Assembly: GCA_045542275.1 (NCBI GenBank)
Contig: JAZQKP010000031.1
Span: forward strand, 41,820 to 105,819
Length of the DNA stretch: 64,000 nt
Reading direction: 5' to 3'
Origin: Eubacteriales bacterium
Lineage (GTDB): Bacteria; Bacillota; Clostridia; Oscillospirales; CAG-272
Shown here: positions 27,216 through 37,954 of the stretch, piece after piece
Numbering within the stretch: the stretch's first letter is position 1
How the letters are laid out: each line of letters opens with the position of its first letter
The notes under the pieces: model-generated
What the model saw: only the letters and a program-made list of their open reading frames with translations
What the model was told of the DNA's origin: nothing
Database searches by the model: none
Translations under genes and position numbers: made by a program

Positions 27216-30200
27216 TTAAAACATTGAAATCTGATTTGTTTCCGAAAGATCACGGAATACACCGCTGTCCTTAAGAATCTGAATAACAGTCTTGGAAAGG
27301 GCTGTTTTTTGCTGGAAATCCTCAATTGAGAATATTTCTCCACTATCTCTGGCTTCTGCGATTTTTTCAGCTGCTGTGTCGCCTACACCTGCAATAGATG
27401 AGAACGGCAGACGTATCTTTCCATTCTCAGGTAAGAATTTAAAGGCATCTGACTTATAAAAATCAACGGGCAAAAATTCTATATTTCTTGCAAGACATTC
27501 GTATGCAAGCTGAAGGGCTACAACCATATCTTTTTCCTTCTGTGTAGCATCCATACCCTTCTCTTCAATTTCCTTTAATCTATCAAGAATACCACGCTTA
27601 CCGTTTGCAACCATTGTAGACTCAAAGCCACCGGGCGCAACTGTAAGATATGCAGCATAAAACTCAAGAGGATAATATATTTTATACCAGCCTAAACGAA
27701 TAGCAGATATATCATATGCAACCGCATGAGCCTTCGGGAACATGTATTTGATTTTCTTACAGGAGCTGATATACCAATCGGGTATTCCCTTTGCAATCAT
27801 CTCCTCCTCATATTCAGGCTTAACACCCTTGCCCTTACGTACATCCTCCATTATTTTAAACGCCATACTCTTATCAAGTCCGTTATAAATAAGGTAAATC
27901 ATAATACTGTCACGTGTTCCAACAACCTCAGAAATTGTACAGGTACCGTTTTTAATAAGATCCTGTGCATTTCCAAGCCATACGTCAGTTCCGTGCGAAA
28001 GACCGGAAATCTGTAAAAGGTCTGAGAAGTTTTTCGGCTTTGAATCCTCAAGCATCTGCTGTACAAATCTTGTACCAAGCTCAGGTAAGCCGTATGTACC
28101 AACCTTGCATTTCAGATCCTTTAAAAGATCCTCTGAGCCAAGGGGCTTAGTTGACAAAAGAAGCTCATAAACATTCTTATCATTCATTGGAACATCAAGC
28201 ACAGAGGTGCCGGTATAGGTCTCCAGCATCTTGTACTTGGTAGGAATATCGTGTCCAAGCTCATCAAGCTTAAGCAAGGTATCGTGAAGATATTCAAATG
28301 TAAAGTGAGTTGTTACAATATTAGAGGTTGGATCGTCTGCAGGATGCTGAACAGGACAGAAATCGTAAATGTCATATTCCTTAGGTACAACAACTATACC
28401 ACCGGGATGCTGACCTGTTGTACGCTTAACACCTGTGCAAAGCTCTACAAGACGTGCAATTTCAGCCTTGTTAATGCTAAGCTGATGCTCATCCATATAT
28501 TTTGCAATATAACCGAAAGCGGTCTTTGGTGCAATCGCACCGATTGTACCGGCTCTGAACACGTTTTCAGCGCCGAAAAGCTCTTCAGTATATTTATGAA
28601 CCTTACCCTGTACATCACCGGAGAAATTAAGGTCAATATCGGGGGATTTATCACCCTTAAATCCAAGGAAGGTTTCAAAGGGGATATCATGTCCCTCATT
28701 TATCATCTTTGTATTACAGTGAGGACAATTTTTGTCGGGTAAGTCAAAGCCTGAGCCTACGCTACCGTCTGTAATAAATTCACTGTATTTACACTTGGGA
28801 CAAACATAATGAGGCTGAAGAGGGTTAACCTCTGAAATACCCGCCATAGTAGCAACAAATGACGAGCCAACAGAGCCACGTGAGCCTACAAGATAGCCTT
28901 GACTTTCACTGTAATATACAAGCTTCTGCGCTATCATATATAGCACGGCAAATCCGTTTTTAATAATAGAGGAAAGCTCCTTTTCAAGCCTTTCAGATAC
29001 AATTTCGGGAATTTTACCCTCAAAGCCATACATATTCATTGCTCTTTCCCAACACATGCGCTGAAGATCCTCCTCAGCACCCTCCATATTAGGTGTAAAT
29101 GTGCCCTTCGGGAAAGGTCTGATATTATCATAATCGATCATATCGGCAATTTTATTTGTATTTGTAACTACAACCTCATATGCCTTTTCTTCTCCAAGAT
29201 ACTCAAATTCCTTAAGCATCTCCTCAGTTGTACGGAAATAAAGTCCTACATCGTTGTCTGCATCGGCATATTTCTGTCCTGCAAGAAGAATTTTTCTGCA
29301 AATTTCATCCTCTTTATTAAGAAAATGTGCATCACAGGTGGCAACAACAGGCTTACCTAGCTTGTCACCAAGCTCGATAATCTTTTTATTGAAGCTTTTA
29401 AGGTCCTCAACGGTGGCATCACCCTTACGAACCATAAACATGTTATTGCAAAGGGGTTGAATTTCAAGATAATCGTAGAAATCTGCGATTTCTTCAATTT
29501 CTGCCTCGCTTTTACCCTCCAAAATAGCCTGAAACAGCTCTCCCGATTCACAGGCAGAGCCGATAATAAGACCTTCTCTGTGCTCAATTAAGTCGGTTTT
29601 AAGCACTCTTGGGTGACGCTTATAATATTTAAGATAACCGTCAGAAATAAGCTTATAAAGGTTTTTCAAGCCTACTTTATTCTTTACAAGAATAATCTGA
29701 TGGTATGTATTAAGCTTAAGTGGGTCCGTATTAGAGCTTATGCGCTTAAGCATAGCCTCAATATCTTCAATTCCCTCACCCTTAAGCTTATCAAGCATAC
29801 AAATAAGTATTCTTGCAAGCATTTCAGCATCGTCACAGGCTCTGTGATGATTAAAATCGCCTAAGCTGTAATGCTCTGCAAGGACATCAAGCTTATGTCT
29901 TTTAAGCTCGGGATTTACATATTTTGAAAGAGCTACAGTATCAAGGTATGAATAATTAAATTCCATTCCGCAGCTCTCACAGGCACGTCTTATAAAGCCT
30001 GTATCAAAGCTTGCATTATGGGCAACAAGTATTCTATCCCCGGCAAACCGGAAGAATTCAGGTAATACATCCTTGATGGTACGTGCATCCTTTACCATTT
30101 CATCGGTAATACCTGTAAGCTCCACAATTTTTTCCGGAATCGGCATTTCAGGATTAACAAAGGTATTATACGTATCAACTACCTCGCCATCCTTAATAAT

Positions 30201-31598
30201 TACAGCACCGATTTCTGTAATCTTATCCTTTATATTGGATAAGCCTGTGGTTTCAATATCAAAAACGCAAAATTCACCGTCAAAGCGTTCATTTTTATTA
30301 CCTGACACGGGAAGTGAGGTATTATTTACAAAATATGCCTCCATTCCGTAGATAAGCTTCATCCCAAGCTTTTCGCTGGCAAGCATGGCGGGTGGGAATC
30401 CCTGTACGTTACCGTGGTCGGTAATGGCAACAGCCTTATGTCCCCATTCCTTAGCCACCTTAACAATTGCCTCAGGATCTATTGTTGCATCCATCTGAGA
30501 CATCATAGTATGTAAATGAAGCTCTACTCTCTTTTCGGGAGCATTATCCATTCTCTTTACTACATCTATTTTACTAACATCTGTAGCATTAAGATATATT
30601 TCATTATCGAAGGTATCAAGCTTTACTGAGCCTTTAATGGCATAAGCATTCCCTTTTTTATATCCTGCAAGGAATTCATCCTTTTCATCTGCTGAAACAA
30701 CTTCTTTAATATAAATGGATGAAATATTATCGGTAATACCTATCTGAATTGTAATGTTGGCACCACGCTTTATAGGCTTTTCGGTTATTTCAAACACCTT
30801 ACCAAGCACTACAATGCCGTGCATACCTGCATCAAGCCTTGAAATCGGAACTACATTTTCAATTTCAAATTCTCCACCTGAAACATACTCACGGCTTGTT
30901 GTATCAAAGGTTATTGCACCAACCGTGATTTTAGTGTCCTTGATTTCAACCTTGTTATCCTCAGAAGAAAAAGAGGTAGCCTTTTTAAATTCAGCTCTCA
31001 TTTCCTTAAGGTCAGCTTCCTTTTCCTCTTTTGCAGACCTTACATTAACCTTTTTTTGCTCCTCAAGAGCTTTTTTAAGGGCGCTCATCTTTTCACGCTC
31101 AAAATTAGCGTGAACCTTTTCGTAATCCTCTCTTTGCGAAATGGTTACAGGTATTCTTATACCAAATTCCTCAAAGATAATATCGGAGATAACCTCATTT
31201 GTTTTACCGATACCAAGAAGCTCAATTCCGCCCTTAATAAACGGAACCTTTATGTTAATATGCTCTCTTGACGCATCAATAGTATAATCAGAAAAGAAGC
31301 CGTTGCTAACCGCTCCTCTTCTGTATGTTTCAAGTATTACATCCTCTATATAATCGCTTGAAAACAGTAAGCTGTCATATCTTGGCAATAGTGTTATTTT
31401 GTTAACATCATATGCAAGCTTGATTTCGTTTTCAAGTGCGTAAAGCTTGTCCTTACGCACTATATCAGAAAACTTTACTGTTATCTGCATTATACGAAGC
31501 TCTTTATCTACCTTAGTATCCAAAACCTCGCCATCCTTCATTACTGAAACGAAGGAATCTGACGGAATATATTTTGGAAATCTTCTTATCAAATCCAT
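27216..31598 (-). CDS. polC: DNA polymerase III PolC-type (Gram-positive replicative polymerase with internal 3'-5' exonuclease)
   Basis: 1460 aa with a PHP domain (VELHLHTMMSQMD), an exonuclease domain (FCVFDIETTGLS...HNASFD...HRACDDA), a zinc-finger region and the polymerase core. Confidence 0.97.
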   Translation of the reverse strand: MDLIRRFPKYIPSDSFVSVMKDGEVLDTKVDKELRIMQITVKFSDIVRKDKLYALENEIKLAYDVNKITLLPRYDSLLFSSDYIEDVILETYRRGAVSNGFFSDYTIDASREHINIKVPFIKGGIELLGIGKTNEVISDIIFEEFGIRIPVTISQREDYEKVHANFEREKMSALKKALEEQKKVNVRSAKEEKEADLKEMRAEFKKATSFSSEDNKVEIKDTKITVGAITFDTTSREYVSGGEFEIENVVPISRLDAGMHGIVVLGKVFEITEKPIKRGANITIQIGITDNISSIYIKEVVSADEKDEFLAGYKKGNAYAIKGSVKLDTFDNEIYLNATDVSKIDVVKRMDNAPEKRVELHLHTMMSQMDATIDPEAIVKVAKEWGHKAVAITDHGNVQGFPPAMLASEKLGMKLIYGMEAYFVNNTSLPVSGNKNERFDGEFCVFDIETTGLSNIKDKITEIGAVIIKDGEVVDTYNTFVNPEMPIPEKIVELTGITDEMVKDARTIKDVLPEFFRFAGDRILVAHNASFDTGFIRRACESCGMEFNYSYLDTVALSKYVNPELKRHKLDVLAEHYSLGDFNHHRACDDAEMLARILICMLDKLKGEGIEDIEAMLKRISSNTDPLKLNTYHQIILVKNKVGLKNLYKLISDGYLKYYKRHPRVLKTDLIEHREGLIIGSACESGELFQAILEGKSEAEIEEIADFYDYLEIQPLCNNMFMVRKGDATVEDLKSFNKKIIELGDKLGKPVVATCDAHFLNKEDEICRKILLAGQKYADADNDVGLYFRTTEEMLKEFEYLGEEKAYEVVVTNTNKIADMIDYDNIRPFPKGTFTPNMEGAEEDLQRMCWERAMNMYGFEGKIPEIVSERLEKELSSIIKNGFAVLYMIAQKLVYYSESQGYLVGSRGSVGSSFVATMAGISEVNPLQPHYVCPKCKYSEFITDGSVGSGFDLPDKNCPHCNTKMINEGHDIPFETFLGFKGDKSPDIDLNFSGDVQGKVHKYTEELFGAENVFRAGTIGAIAPKTAFGYIAKYMDEHQLSINKAEIARLVELCTGVKRTTGQHPGGIVVVPKEYDIYDFCPVQHPADDPTSNIVTTHFTFEYLHDTLLKLDELGHDIPTKYKMLETYTGTSVLDVPMNDKNVYELLLSTKPLGSEDLLKDLKCKVGTYGLPELGTRFVQQMLEDSKPKNFSDLLQISGLSHGTDVWLGNAQDLIKNGTCTISEVVGTRDSIMIYLIYNGLDKSMAFKIMEDVRKGKGVKPEYEEEMIAKGIPDWYISSCKKIKYMFPKAHAVAYDISAIRLGWYKIYYPLEFYAAYLTVAPGGFESTMVANGKRGILDRLKEIEEKGMDATQKEKDMVVALQLAYECLARNIEFLPVDFYKSDAFKFLPENGKIRLPFSSIAGVGDTAAEKIAEARDSGEIFSIEDFQQKTALSKTVIQILKDSGVFRDLSETNQISMF

Positions 31599-31607
31599 TT
31601 TTAGTCC

Positions 31608-32696
31608 TTACTTTTCGTCTACTATCTTATGAAGCTCATTTAAAAGTGATGAAATAATTTCATTTTCGGGAATCTTCTTAATTATTTCTCCATTTTTAAA
31701 CAATACAGCCTCTCCTTTTCCGCCTGCAATACCAATATCACACTCCCGTGCTTCACCCGGGCCATTTACAACACAGCCCATAAGCGCAACCTTGATTGTT
31801 TTACCCTTGGTATCAAAGCCATCAATAGCTTTTCTAAAGGCTGTTGAAAGGTCTATTAGATTAATCTTTGTTCTGCCACAGGTGGGACAGGATACAATCT
31901 TGATTCCACCCTTTGAATAAAAGCCCAAGGAGCTTAAAAGCTCTTTACCTGCACGGATTTCCTCAATAGGATCTGCAGTAAGGGAAACTCTGATAGTATC
32001 ACCTATACCATCGCAAAGAAGTGAGCCGATTCCTGCGCTGCTTTTAACAAGACCGGAATAGGAATCTCCTGCCTCAGTAACTCCAAGATGGATAGGATAA
32101 TCGCATCTTGAGGCAATTATTCTGTTAGTTAAAATCATATTTCTTACATCTGATGACTTGACAGATATAACAATATCGTTAAAATTAAATTTTTCAAGCA
32201 AGGAAGCGTGATAAAATGCGCTTTCTGCCAATGCTTCAGGTGTTGGAGAGCCGTACTTTTCAAGTATGTGCTTTTCAAGAGAGCCACTATTTACACCTAT
32301 TCTTATAGGTACACCTGCATTTTTACAAGCATCGGCAACCTCTTTTACCTTCCATTCCTCGCCGATATTACCGGGATTGATTCTGATTTTATCAATGCCT
32401 GCCTTTACACATTCAAGAGCTATTCTGTAATCAAAGTGAATATCAGCAACAACAGGAATATTAATATTCTCCGCCTTAATTTTTCTTACTGTATCTACTG
32501 ATGCAATATCAGGAACAGTAATTCTTACAATATCACAGCCTGCAGCCTCTAAAGCCCTGATTTGTTCAATAGTAGCCTTGTAATCTGCAGTTTCAGTATT
32601 TGTCATAGACTGGATAAGAACATCGTTGTTGCCACCTATAGCCTTATCCTTGATTTTTATAATTCTGGTTGTTCGTCTGATATCATTATAGCTCAT
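31608..32696 (-). CDS. ispG: 4-hydroxy-3-methylbut-2-en-1-yl diphosphate synthase (flavodoxin)
   Basis: 362 aa. IRINPGNIG, SCPTCGRT, MGCVVNGPGE. Confidence 0.95.
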   Translation of the reverse strand: MSYNDIRRTTRIIKIKDKAIGGNNDVLIQSMTNTETADYKATIEQIRALEAAGCDIVRITVPDIASVDTVRKIKAENINIPVVADIHFDYRIALECVKAGIDKIRINPGNIGEEWKVKEVADACKNAGVPIRIGVNSGSLEKHILEKYGSPTPEALAESAFYHASLLEKFNFNDIVISVKSSDVRNMILTNRIIASRCDYPIHLGVTEAGDSYSGLVKSSAGIGSLLCDGIGDTIRVSLTADPIEEIRAGKELLSSLGFYSKGGIKIVSCPTCGRTKINLIDLSTAFRKAIDGFDTKGKTIKVALMGCVVNGPGEARECDIGIAGGKGEAVLFKNGEIIKKIPENEIISSLLNELHKIVDEK

Positions 32697-32706
32697 TTTT
32701 TATCCT

Positions 32707-33735
32707 CTATTTGAAAAGATATATTACGTCCTTAAATAAAATTACCACTGCAAGAAGCATTATAAGCATAAAGCCTACTGTTCTTATACCGTTTTCTACC
32801 CTTGGAGGTAGCTTTTTTCTTGTTATCATTTCAACAAGAGTTAAAAGCAGCGTTCCACCGTCAAGTGCCGGTATGGGTAAAAGATTAAATACTCCAAGAT
32901 TTATACCTATTACAGCTACTAAATAAAACAGGTTTTCTGCTCCTGTTTTTGCAGCATCAGTAATAGCACCTGTAATTCCAACAGGACCTGATAGCTGCTC
33001 TATACCGTATCTGCCACTAAATAAATCATAGATGGAATCCCATGTCATTTTTATAGTGGATTTACTTGTATAGAATGTATTTTTTATAACGGAAACAAAG
33101 CCTCTGTCCTCACCGTATACATAAAAGTCAGGTGCGCCAAACACCACGCCCTCAGATGATATAGTCGGAAATACTATATTATCAATTGTAACTCTTTCTC
33201 CGTCACGAATAACAGTTACAGAAACCGGCTCATATCCCCTACGCATAATTTCATAGCTTAATTCACTTGATGTATGCACATTGGCTCCATCAATTTCAAC
33301 TATTTTGTCATTTTCACGAAGACCGCTTACAAAGCTTGTGGATTCATCGTGAAACTTATAAATTACAGTTGTACCGAATCTTGGTGTACACATAGTGATT
33401 ATAGCAAGAATAAGCACAGAAATTATAATATTCATCATTGCGCCCGCAATAACAATTATAAATCTTTGCCAAGCAGGCTTTTTATTGAATGCTAATGGAT
33501 TATCACTTTCCTCATCCTCGCCCTCCATAGCTACATATCCACCTATTGGAAGAACTCGTAATGAGTAATCTACTCCATCCTTGCCTTTTTTTGAAAAGAT
33601 TTTAGGTCCCATACCTATGGAAAATTCATTAATGGCGACGTTAAACTTTTTCGCAAACATAAAATGTCCCAGCTCATGAACAAAAATCATAAAGCCAAAA
33701 ACAAAGATGGCAATAAGAATATATAAAATTATCAT
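32707..33735 (-). CDS. rseP: RIP metalloprotease RseP/RasP (site-2 protease, M50)
   Basis: 342 aa. HELGHFMFAK zinc motif, an internal PDZ-like region and NLLPIPALDGG. Confidence 0.85.
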   Translation of the reverse strand: MIILYILIAIFVFGFMIFVHELGHFMFAKKFNVAINEFSIGMGPKIFSKKGKDGVDYSLRVLPIGGYVAMEGEDEESDNPLAFNKKPAWQRFIIVIAGAMMNIIISVLILAIITMCTPRFGTTVIYKFHDESTSFVSGLRENDKIVEIDGANVHTSSELSYEIMRRGYEPVSVTVIRDGERVTIDNIVFPTISSEGVVFGAPDFYVYGEDRGFVSVIKNTFYTSKSTIKMTWDSIYDLFSGRYGIEQLSGPVGITGAITDAAKTGAENLFYLVAVIGINLGVFNLLPIPALDGGTLLLTLVEMITRKKLPPRVENGIRTVGFMLIMLLAVVILFKDVIYLFK

Positions 33736-33752
33736 TTTTTACCTCGTACTTT

Positions 33753-34919
33753 TTATTTAACGAAGGTGCTAATTAACTCCTGGGTCTTTACTCTTGCTTC
33801 CTTATCTGCATTGATAATTTCATCAAGAGTTGGATTTTTAATATTTTTAAAGCTTTTTACAATGGATTCTACAATATCAAATACATCAGTAAATCCAATT
33901 TTATCCTTAAGAAACGCGTGAACCGCAACCTCATCTGATGCATTGAGAACAGCCGGTATAATTCCGTCCTGCTCAATTGCATAAAAAGCCAATGGTAACA
34001 AAGTAAATGTGTCCATATCCGGCTCTTCAAAGGTAAGACTTGAAAGCTTAGCAAAATCAAGTCTGTCTGCAAGTGCCTTTTCTCTTTTAGGATATGTTAT
34101 TGCATACTGAATGCATGTGCGCATATCGGGCGCTCCCATCTGCGCAATAACACTGTTATCAATATATTCAACAGCTGAATGCATTATACTTTGAGGATGA
34201 ACAACAACCTTAACCTGCTCAGGCTTAACATTAAACAGGCGAACAGCCTCAATAACCTCAAAGCCTTTATTCATTAAAGATGCACTATCAACTGTAATTT
34301 TAGCACCCATTTTCCATGTTGGATGCGCCAAAGCATCAGCTGCAGTAAGATTTTTAAGCTCTGCTCTGTGCTTTCCTCTGAATGGACCGCCTGACGATGT
34401 AAGTATGATTCTGTTAATGTTATTATAACCGGTTTTATCAAGGCTTTGAAAAATCGCACTATGCTCACTGTCAACAGGAATAAGCTCAGCATTATGCTTA
34501 TTCATTTCCTCAAGAAGAAACTTATGTGCAATCACAATCGCTTCTTTATTTGACATGGCAATTCTTTTTCCGCTTCTCGCACATGCAATGGCAGGGGCAA
34601 GTCCAGCAAAGCCTGATACAGCGTTTACAGCAACTGAGGCGTCACTCTCCTCAATTGCATGCATAGCAGACTCTTCACCGGAATATACCTTAATGTCAGT
34701 ATCAGCAAGTTTTGTCTTAAGCAAGGATGCAGCATTATCATTTGTCATAACGCATACACGTGGCTTAACTACTCTTGCTTGATTTTCAATTATATCAACA
34801 GATGATGATGCCATTAAAAGGTCTACCTGACAGGACAGATTCTCTGCCACCTCAACGCTTTGCATACCAACCGAACCTGTAGAGCCTAAAATAGCAATTT
34901 TTTTAATTTCAGTATTCAT
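33753..34919 (-). CDS. dxr: 1-deoxy-D-xylulose 5-phosphate reductoisomerase
   Basis: 388 aa. ILGSTGSVG, NKEAIV, DSEHSAIFQ, LTSSGGPFR. Confidence 0.95.
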   Translation of the reverse strand: MNTEIKKIAILGSTGSVGMQSVEVAENLSCQVDLLMASSSVDIIENQARVVKPRVCVMTNDNAASLLKTKLADTDIKVYSGEESAMHAIEESDASVAVNAVSGFAGLAPAIACARSGKRIAMSNKEAIVIAHKFLLEEMNKHNAELIPVDSEHSAIFQSLDKTGYNNINRIILTSSGGPFRGKHRAELKNLTAADALAHPTWKMGAKITVDSASLMNKGFEVIEAVRLFNVKPEQVKVVVHPQSIMHSAVEYIDNSVIAQMGAPDMRTCIQYAITYPKREKALADRLDFAKLSSLTFEEPDMDTFTLLPLAFYAIEQDGIIPAVLNASDEVAVHAFLKDKIGFTDVFDIVESIVKSFKNIKNPTLDEIINADKEARVKTQELISTFVK

Positions 34920-34928
34920 ATTATGTCC

Positions 34929-35750
34929 TTAAATAAGATTAAGAATTGAAATCAAGATGTAAAGAAATGGTGAAACAAGCATTACGCTGTCAAAACGGTC
35001 AAGCACACCACCGTGACCTGGGAAAAGGAAGCCGTAATCCTTGATTTCATACTGTCTTTTGATTGCAGAAGCAAGAAGGTCGCCGATTTGTGAAACTACT
35101 GCTACTACTGCACCCATTATAATAAGATACAAATAGGAAATTTCGAAATCAAAGAAGCTTCTTAAAATCAAGCCGTAAAGCGCAAATGCACCCATATCAA
35201 ATACTACTCCGCCAATAGCACCCTCCACAGTCTTTTTAGGGCTGATTGCGGGAATAAGCTTGTGCTTACCAAGTAATCTACCGGTAAAGTATGCAAATGT
35301 ATCACTTACCCATGCACCGATAAATATAAGAAGATAGTAAAATTTGCCGTCCTCCATATATCTGATGCTTACTACAGTTGAGAAACAACCAACTACATAT
35401 GTAAAGAGGGCAAACAATGTCATTACATCAGATATTTTGTCCTGATTAAGTCTGAACATTACATAAGCTAAGAAATATATCAAAAGCAAGAATATGCTAC
35501 AAATAGCTATAGTAAAGAAATAAGGTCTAACAGCATCAAAGAAGCTAAGTAATGGTAAACCAAGTGCAATTAAATACATAGGTATACCAAGGGCTAAATT
35601 TTTATGCATACCAAGGCATTTTGCCATTTCATATACTCCAACTGCGCAAATTATAGCAAATGCAATAGGAAAAACTATAGTTTCTGAAAAATAGCAAATA
35701 GGTACAAATATTGCAATTGCACAAATTGCTGTAATAATTCTTGTTTTCAT
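34929..35750 (-). CDS. cdsA: Phosphatidate cytidylyltransferase
   Basis: 273 aa, polytopic. C-terminal CTP-transferase signature SAIKRQYEIKDYGFLFPGHGGVLDRFDS. Confidence 0.85.
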   Translation of the reverse strand: MKTRIITAICAIAIFVPICYFSETIVFPIAFAIICAVGVYEMAKCLGMHKNLALGIPMYLIALGLPLLSFFDAVRPYFFTIAICSIFLLLIYFLAYVMFRLNQDKISDVMTLFALFTYVVGCFSTVVSIRYMEDGKFYYLLIFIGAWVSDTFAYFTGRLLGKHKLIPAISPKKTVEGAIGGVVFDMGAFALYGLILRSFFDFEISYLYLIIMGAVVAVVSQIGDLLASAIKRQYEIKDYGFLFPGHGGVLDRFDSVMLVSPFLYILISILNLI

Positions 35751-35768
35751 TTTAATCTCCCTTGATGT

Positions 35769-36476
35769 TTATTTTATACCACCAAAATTACGTTTTCTCT
35801 TATAAAATTCTTCTACCGCCTTATACAGCTCCTTTTCATCAAAATCGGGCCATAATACATCGGTAAAATAAAATTCTGAATAAGCACACTGCCAAAGCAG
35901 GAAATTAGATATTCTGATTTCATTTGCAGTTCTGACAATTAAGTCTGGATCACAGGAATCCTTAGTGTATAGATGTGCATCTATATCAGCTTCTGTAATT
36001 TCTGTTTTGCCATCTTTAATAAGCTCATTGAAAGCATGAACAAGCTCTGCCCTGCCACCATAATTAAAAGCAATATTTAAGGTATTAGTGCAGTTTTCAG
36101 TATCCTTTTCAAGCTTTATCATTTTTTCTCTAAGCTCATCGTTTAAAACGCTTTTATCACCTAAAAAGACAAATCTGATATCATCCTTAAGGCTCACTCT
36201 GTCAATATAGCTGTTAAGCAAGGTAATAATTGCATCAACCTCATCCTTAGGTCTTTTCCAGTTTTCTGTAGAAAAAGCATAGACAGTTACGGTTTTGATT
36301 CCAATATCATTACATGCCTTAACTATCTTTTCAAAAGCAACTGCTCCCTGCTTATGACCTGCCTTACGTGGTAATGAGCGTTTCTTTGCCCATCTGCCGT
36401 TACCGTCCATTATAAATGCTATGTGGGAAAGTCTGTTATCTACCACAGGGACTTCAATTTTCTTACGAAATAACAT
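35769..36476 (-). CDS. uppS: Isoprenyl transferase (undecaprenyl diphosphate synthase)
   Basis: 235 aa. HIAFIMDGNGRWA, YAFSTENWKRP, RISNFLLWQ. Confidence 0.95.
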   Translation of the reverse strand: MLFRKKIEVPVVDNRLSHIAFIMDGNGRWAKKRSLPRKAGHKQGAVAFEKIVKACNDIGIKTVTVYAFSTENWKRPKDEVDAIITLLNSYIDRVSLKDDIRFVFLGDKSVLNDELREKMIKLEKDTENCTNTLNIAFNYGGRAELVHAFNELIKDGKTEITEADIDAHLYTKDSCDPDLIVRTANEIRISNFLLWQCAYSEFYFTDVLWPDFDEKELYKAVEEFYKRKRNFGGIK

Positions 36477-36495
36477 AATACCTCTCTATATGGCA

Positions 36496-36522
36496 TAAAA
36501 GACCACAAATTGTGGTCTTTTT
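36496..36522 (-). terminator. Intrinsic terminator after frr
   Basis: AAAGACCACA / TGTGGTCTTT (36498-36507 / 36511-36520). Confidence 0.65.
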
Positions 36523-36542
36523 GCATTAATTCTTATTGGCAA

Positions 36543-37097
36543 TTAGATAGCCATGATTTCCTTTTCCTTAGCAGCTGTAATAGCATCAATTTCCTTGATG
36601 AACTTATCTGTAAGATCCTGAACTGACTTTTCAGAAGACTTCTGCTCGTCTTCTGTCATCTGATTGTTCTTCTTCATATCCTTAGCCTTGTCAATACCGT
36701 CACGGCGAATGTTACGGATAGCAACCTTAGCATCTTCACCCATTTTAGAAACCTGCTTCTTAAGCTCTTTTCTGCGATCCTCTGTAAGCTGGGGGAATAC
36801 AAGTCTGATAACCTTACCGTCGTTAGCAGGTGTAATACCGATATCGGAAGCCAAAATAGCCTTTTCAACTGCCTTAAGTGTGGAGGAATCCCAAGGCTGA
36901 ATTACAATAGTTCTTGCATCGGGAACAGAAACTGTACCAATCTGGTTAATAGGAGTTGCTGTGCCATAGTAGTCAACAGTCACTCTTGAAAGTATATTAG
37001 GGTTAGCACGACCAGCACGAACTGTGTCAAGCTCATTGTTGTAAGCATCAATGCTCTTTCTCATTCTTACTTCTAATTCTTTAGTATCAAGCTTCAT
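36543..37097 (-). CDS. frr: Ribosome recycling factor
   Basis: ~184 aa. RTGRANPN-like VRAGRANPNIL, ITPANDG, LTEDRRKELKK. AGGAGA lies 6 nt before ATG 37097. Confidence 0.95.
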   Translation of the reverse strand: MKLDTKELEVRMRKSIDAYNNELDTVRAGRANPNILSRVTVDYYGTATPINQIGTVSVPDARTIVIQPWDSSTLKAVEKAILASDIGITPANDGKVIRLVFPQLTEDRRKELKKQVSKMGEDAKVAIRNIRRDGIDKAKDMKKNNQMTEDEQKSSEKSVQDLTDKFIKEIDAITAAKEKEIMAI

Positions 37098-37099
37098 AA

Positions 37100-37819
37100 T
37101 CATTCTCCTTTTACTACGGTACCCATTTCGGCACCCATTATTACTTTATAAATATTTTCACAATTGTCAAGACCGAATACATGAATAGGAATATTATTGT
37201 CCATAGCAAAGGATGTCGCAGTGGAATCCATTGCCTGAAGACCTCTTGCAAGGATTTCCTTGTATGTAATATTGGAAATCTTTTCTGCAGTTTTGTCCTT
37301 TCTTGGATCAGCAGTATAAATAGCATCAATATTCTTAGCCATAAGAACTATATCTGCACCAATTTCTGCTGCACGAACCACAGCTGCTGTATCTGTTGAA
37401 ACAAAAGGAATACCAAGACCGGCACCAAAGATAACGACCTTACCGTTATTCAATGCTTCGATAGCATCATCTCTTGAAAATGGCTTTGCAAATGCCTTCA
37501 TTTCAACTGCAGTCATTACTACAGTATCAAGACCGTATCTGACAAATGACTCCTGAAGTGCAACAGCGTTAATACAAGTAGCAAGCATACCCATATGGTC
37601 TGCCTTTACTCTATCCATGCTTTCACCGCTTCTGCCACGCCAGATATTTCCGGCACCAACAATAATACCAAACTGTACTCCGTTGGCAACGCATTTTTTA
37701 ATTACATCTGCAATTTCCTTAATGTAATCAAAATTCAAAATTCCGTTTTTGCCGGAGGAAATAGCCTCTCCGGACAGCTTGAGTAATACTCTTTTGTATA
37801 CAGGCTTACCGTTTTCCAC
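37100..37819 (-). CDS. pyrH: UMP kinase
   Basis: A GTG start at 37819 (GAGGG 7 nt upstream) gives VENGKPVYKRVLLKLSGEA..., a typical PyrH N-terminus at 240 aa. The ORF-track extension to 37915 is AT-rich, non-homologous, and overlaps the tsf terminator. Confidence 0.9.
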   Translation of the reverse strand: MENGKPVYKRVLLKLSGEAISSGKNGILNFDYIKEIADVIKKCVANGVQFGIIVGAGNIWRGRSGESMDRVKADHMGMLATCINAVALQESFVRYGLDTVVMTAVEMKAFAKPFSRDDAIEALNNGKVVIFGAGLGIPFVSTDTAAVVRAAEIGADIVLMAKNIDAIYTADPRKDKTAEKISNITYKEILARGLQAMDSTATSFAMDNNIPIHVFGLDNCENIYKVIMGAEMGTVVKGE

Positions 37820-37913
37820 TTTAATACCCTCACATATATATTTGTCTTTAATAATATAATACAATATTATTATTGTTTTGTAAATATTAATTTCAAAATT
37901 TTTTAATTTTTCC

Positions 37914-37945
37914 ATAAAAAAACCGACATTGCTGTCGGTTTTTTA
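37914..37945 (-). terminator. Intrinsic terminator after tsf
   Basis: AACCGACA / TGTCGGTT (37921-37928 / 37933-37940), flanked by A- and T-runs. Confidence 0.75.
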
Positions 37946-37954
37946 TTTAAACAA

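Noticed and set aside
27188-36520. Terminator hairpins sharing AGACCAC/GTGGTCT arms (27188-27208 and 36498-36520) as a possible REP-like dispersed repeat.
   Set aside because: The shared part is only ~7-9 nt and the loops differ. Both sit exactly at 3' gene ends with T-runs, so they are ordinary independent terminators.
37820-37915. A 32-codon N-terminal extension of pyrH (ORF-track start at 37915).
   Set aside because: The extension is AT-rich and non-homologous (MEKLKNFEINIYKTIIILYY...) and runs into the tsf terminator. A GTG at 37819 with GAGGG upstream gives a canonical PyrH N-terminus.
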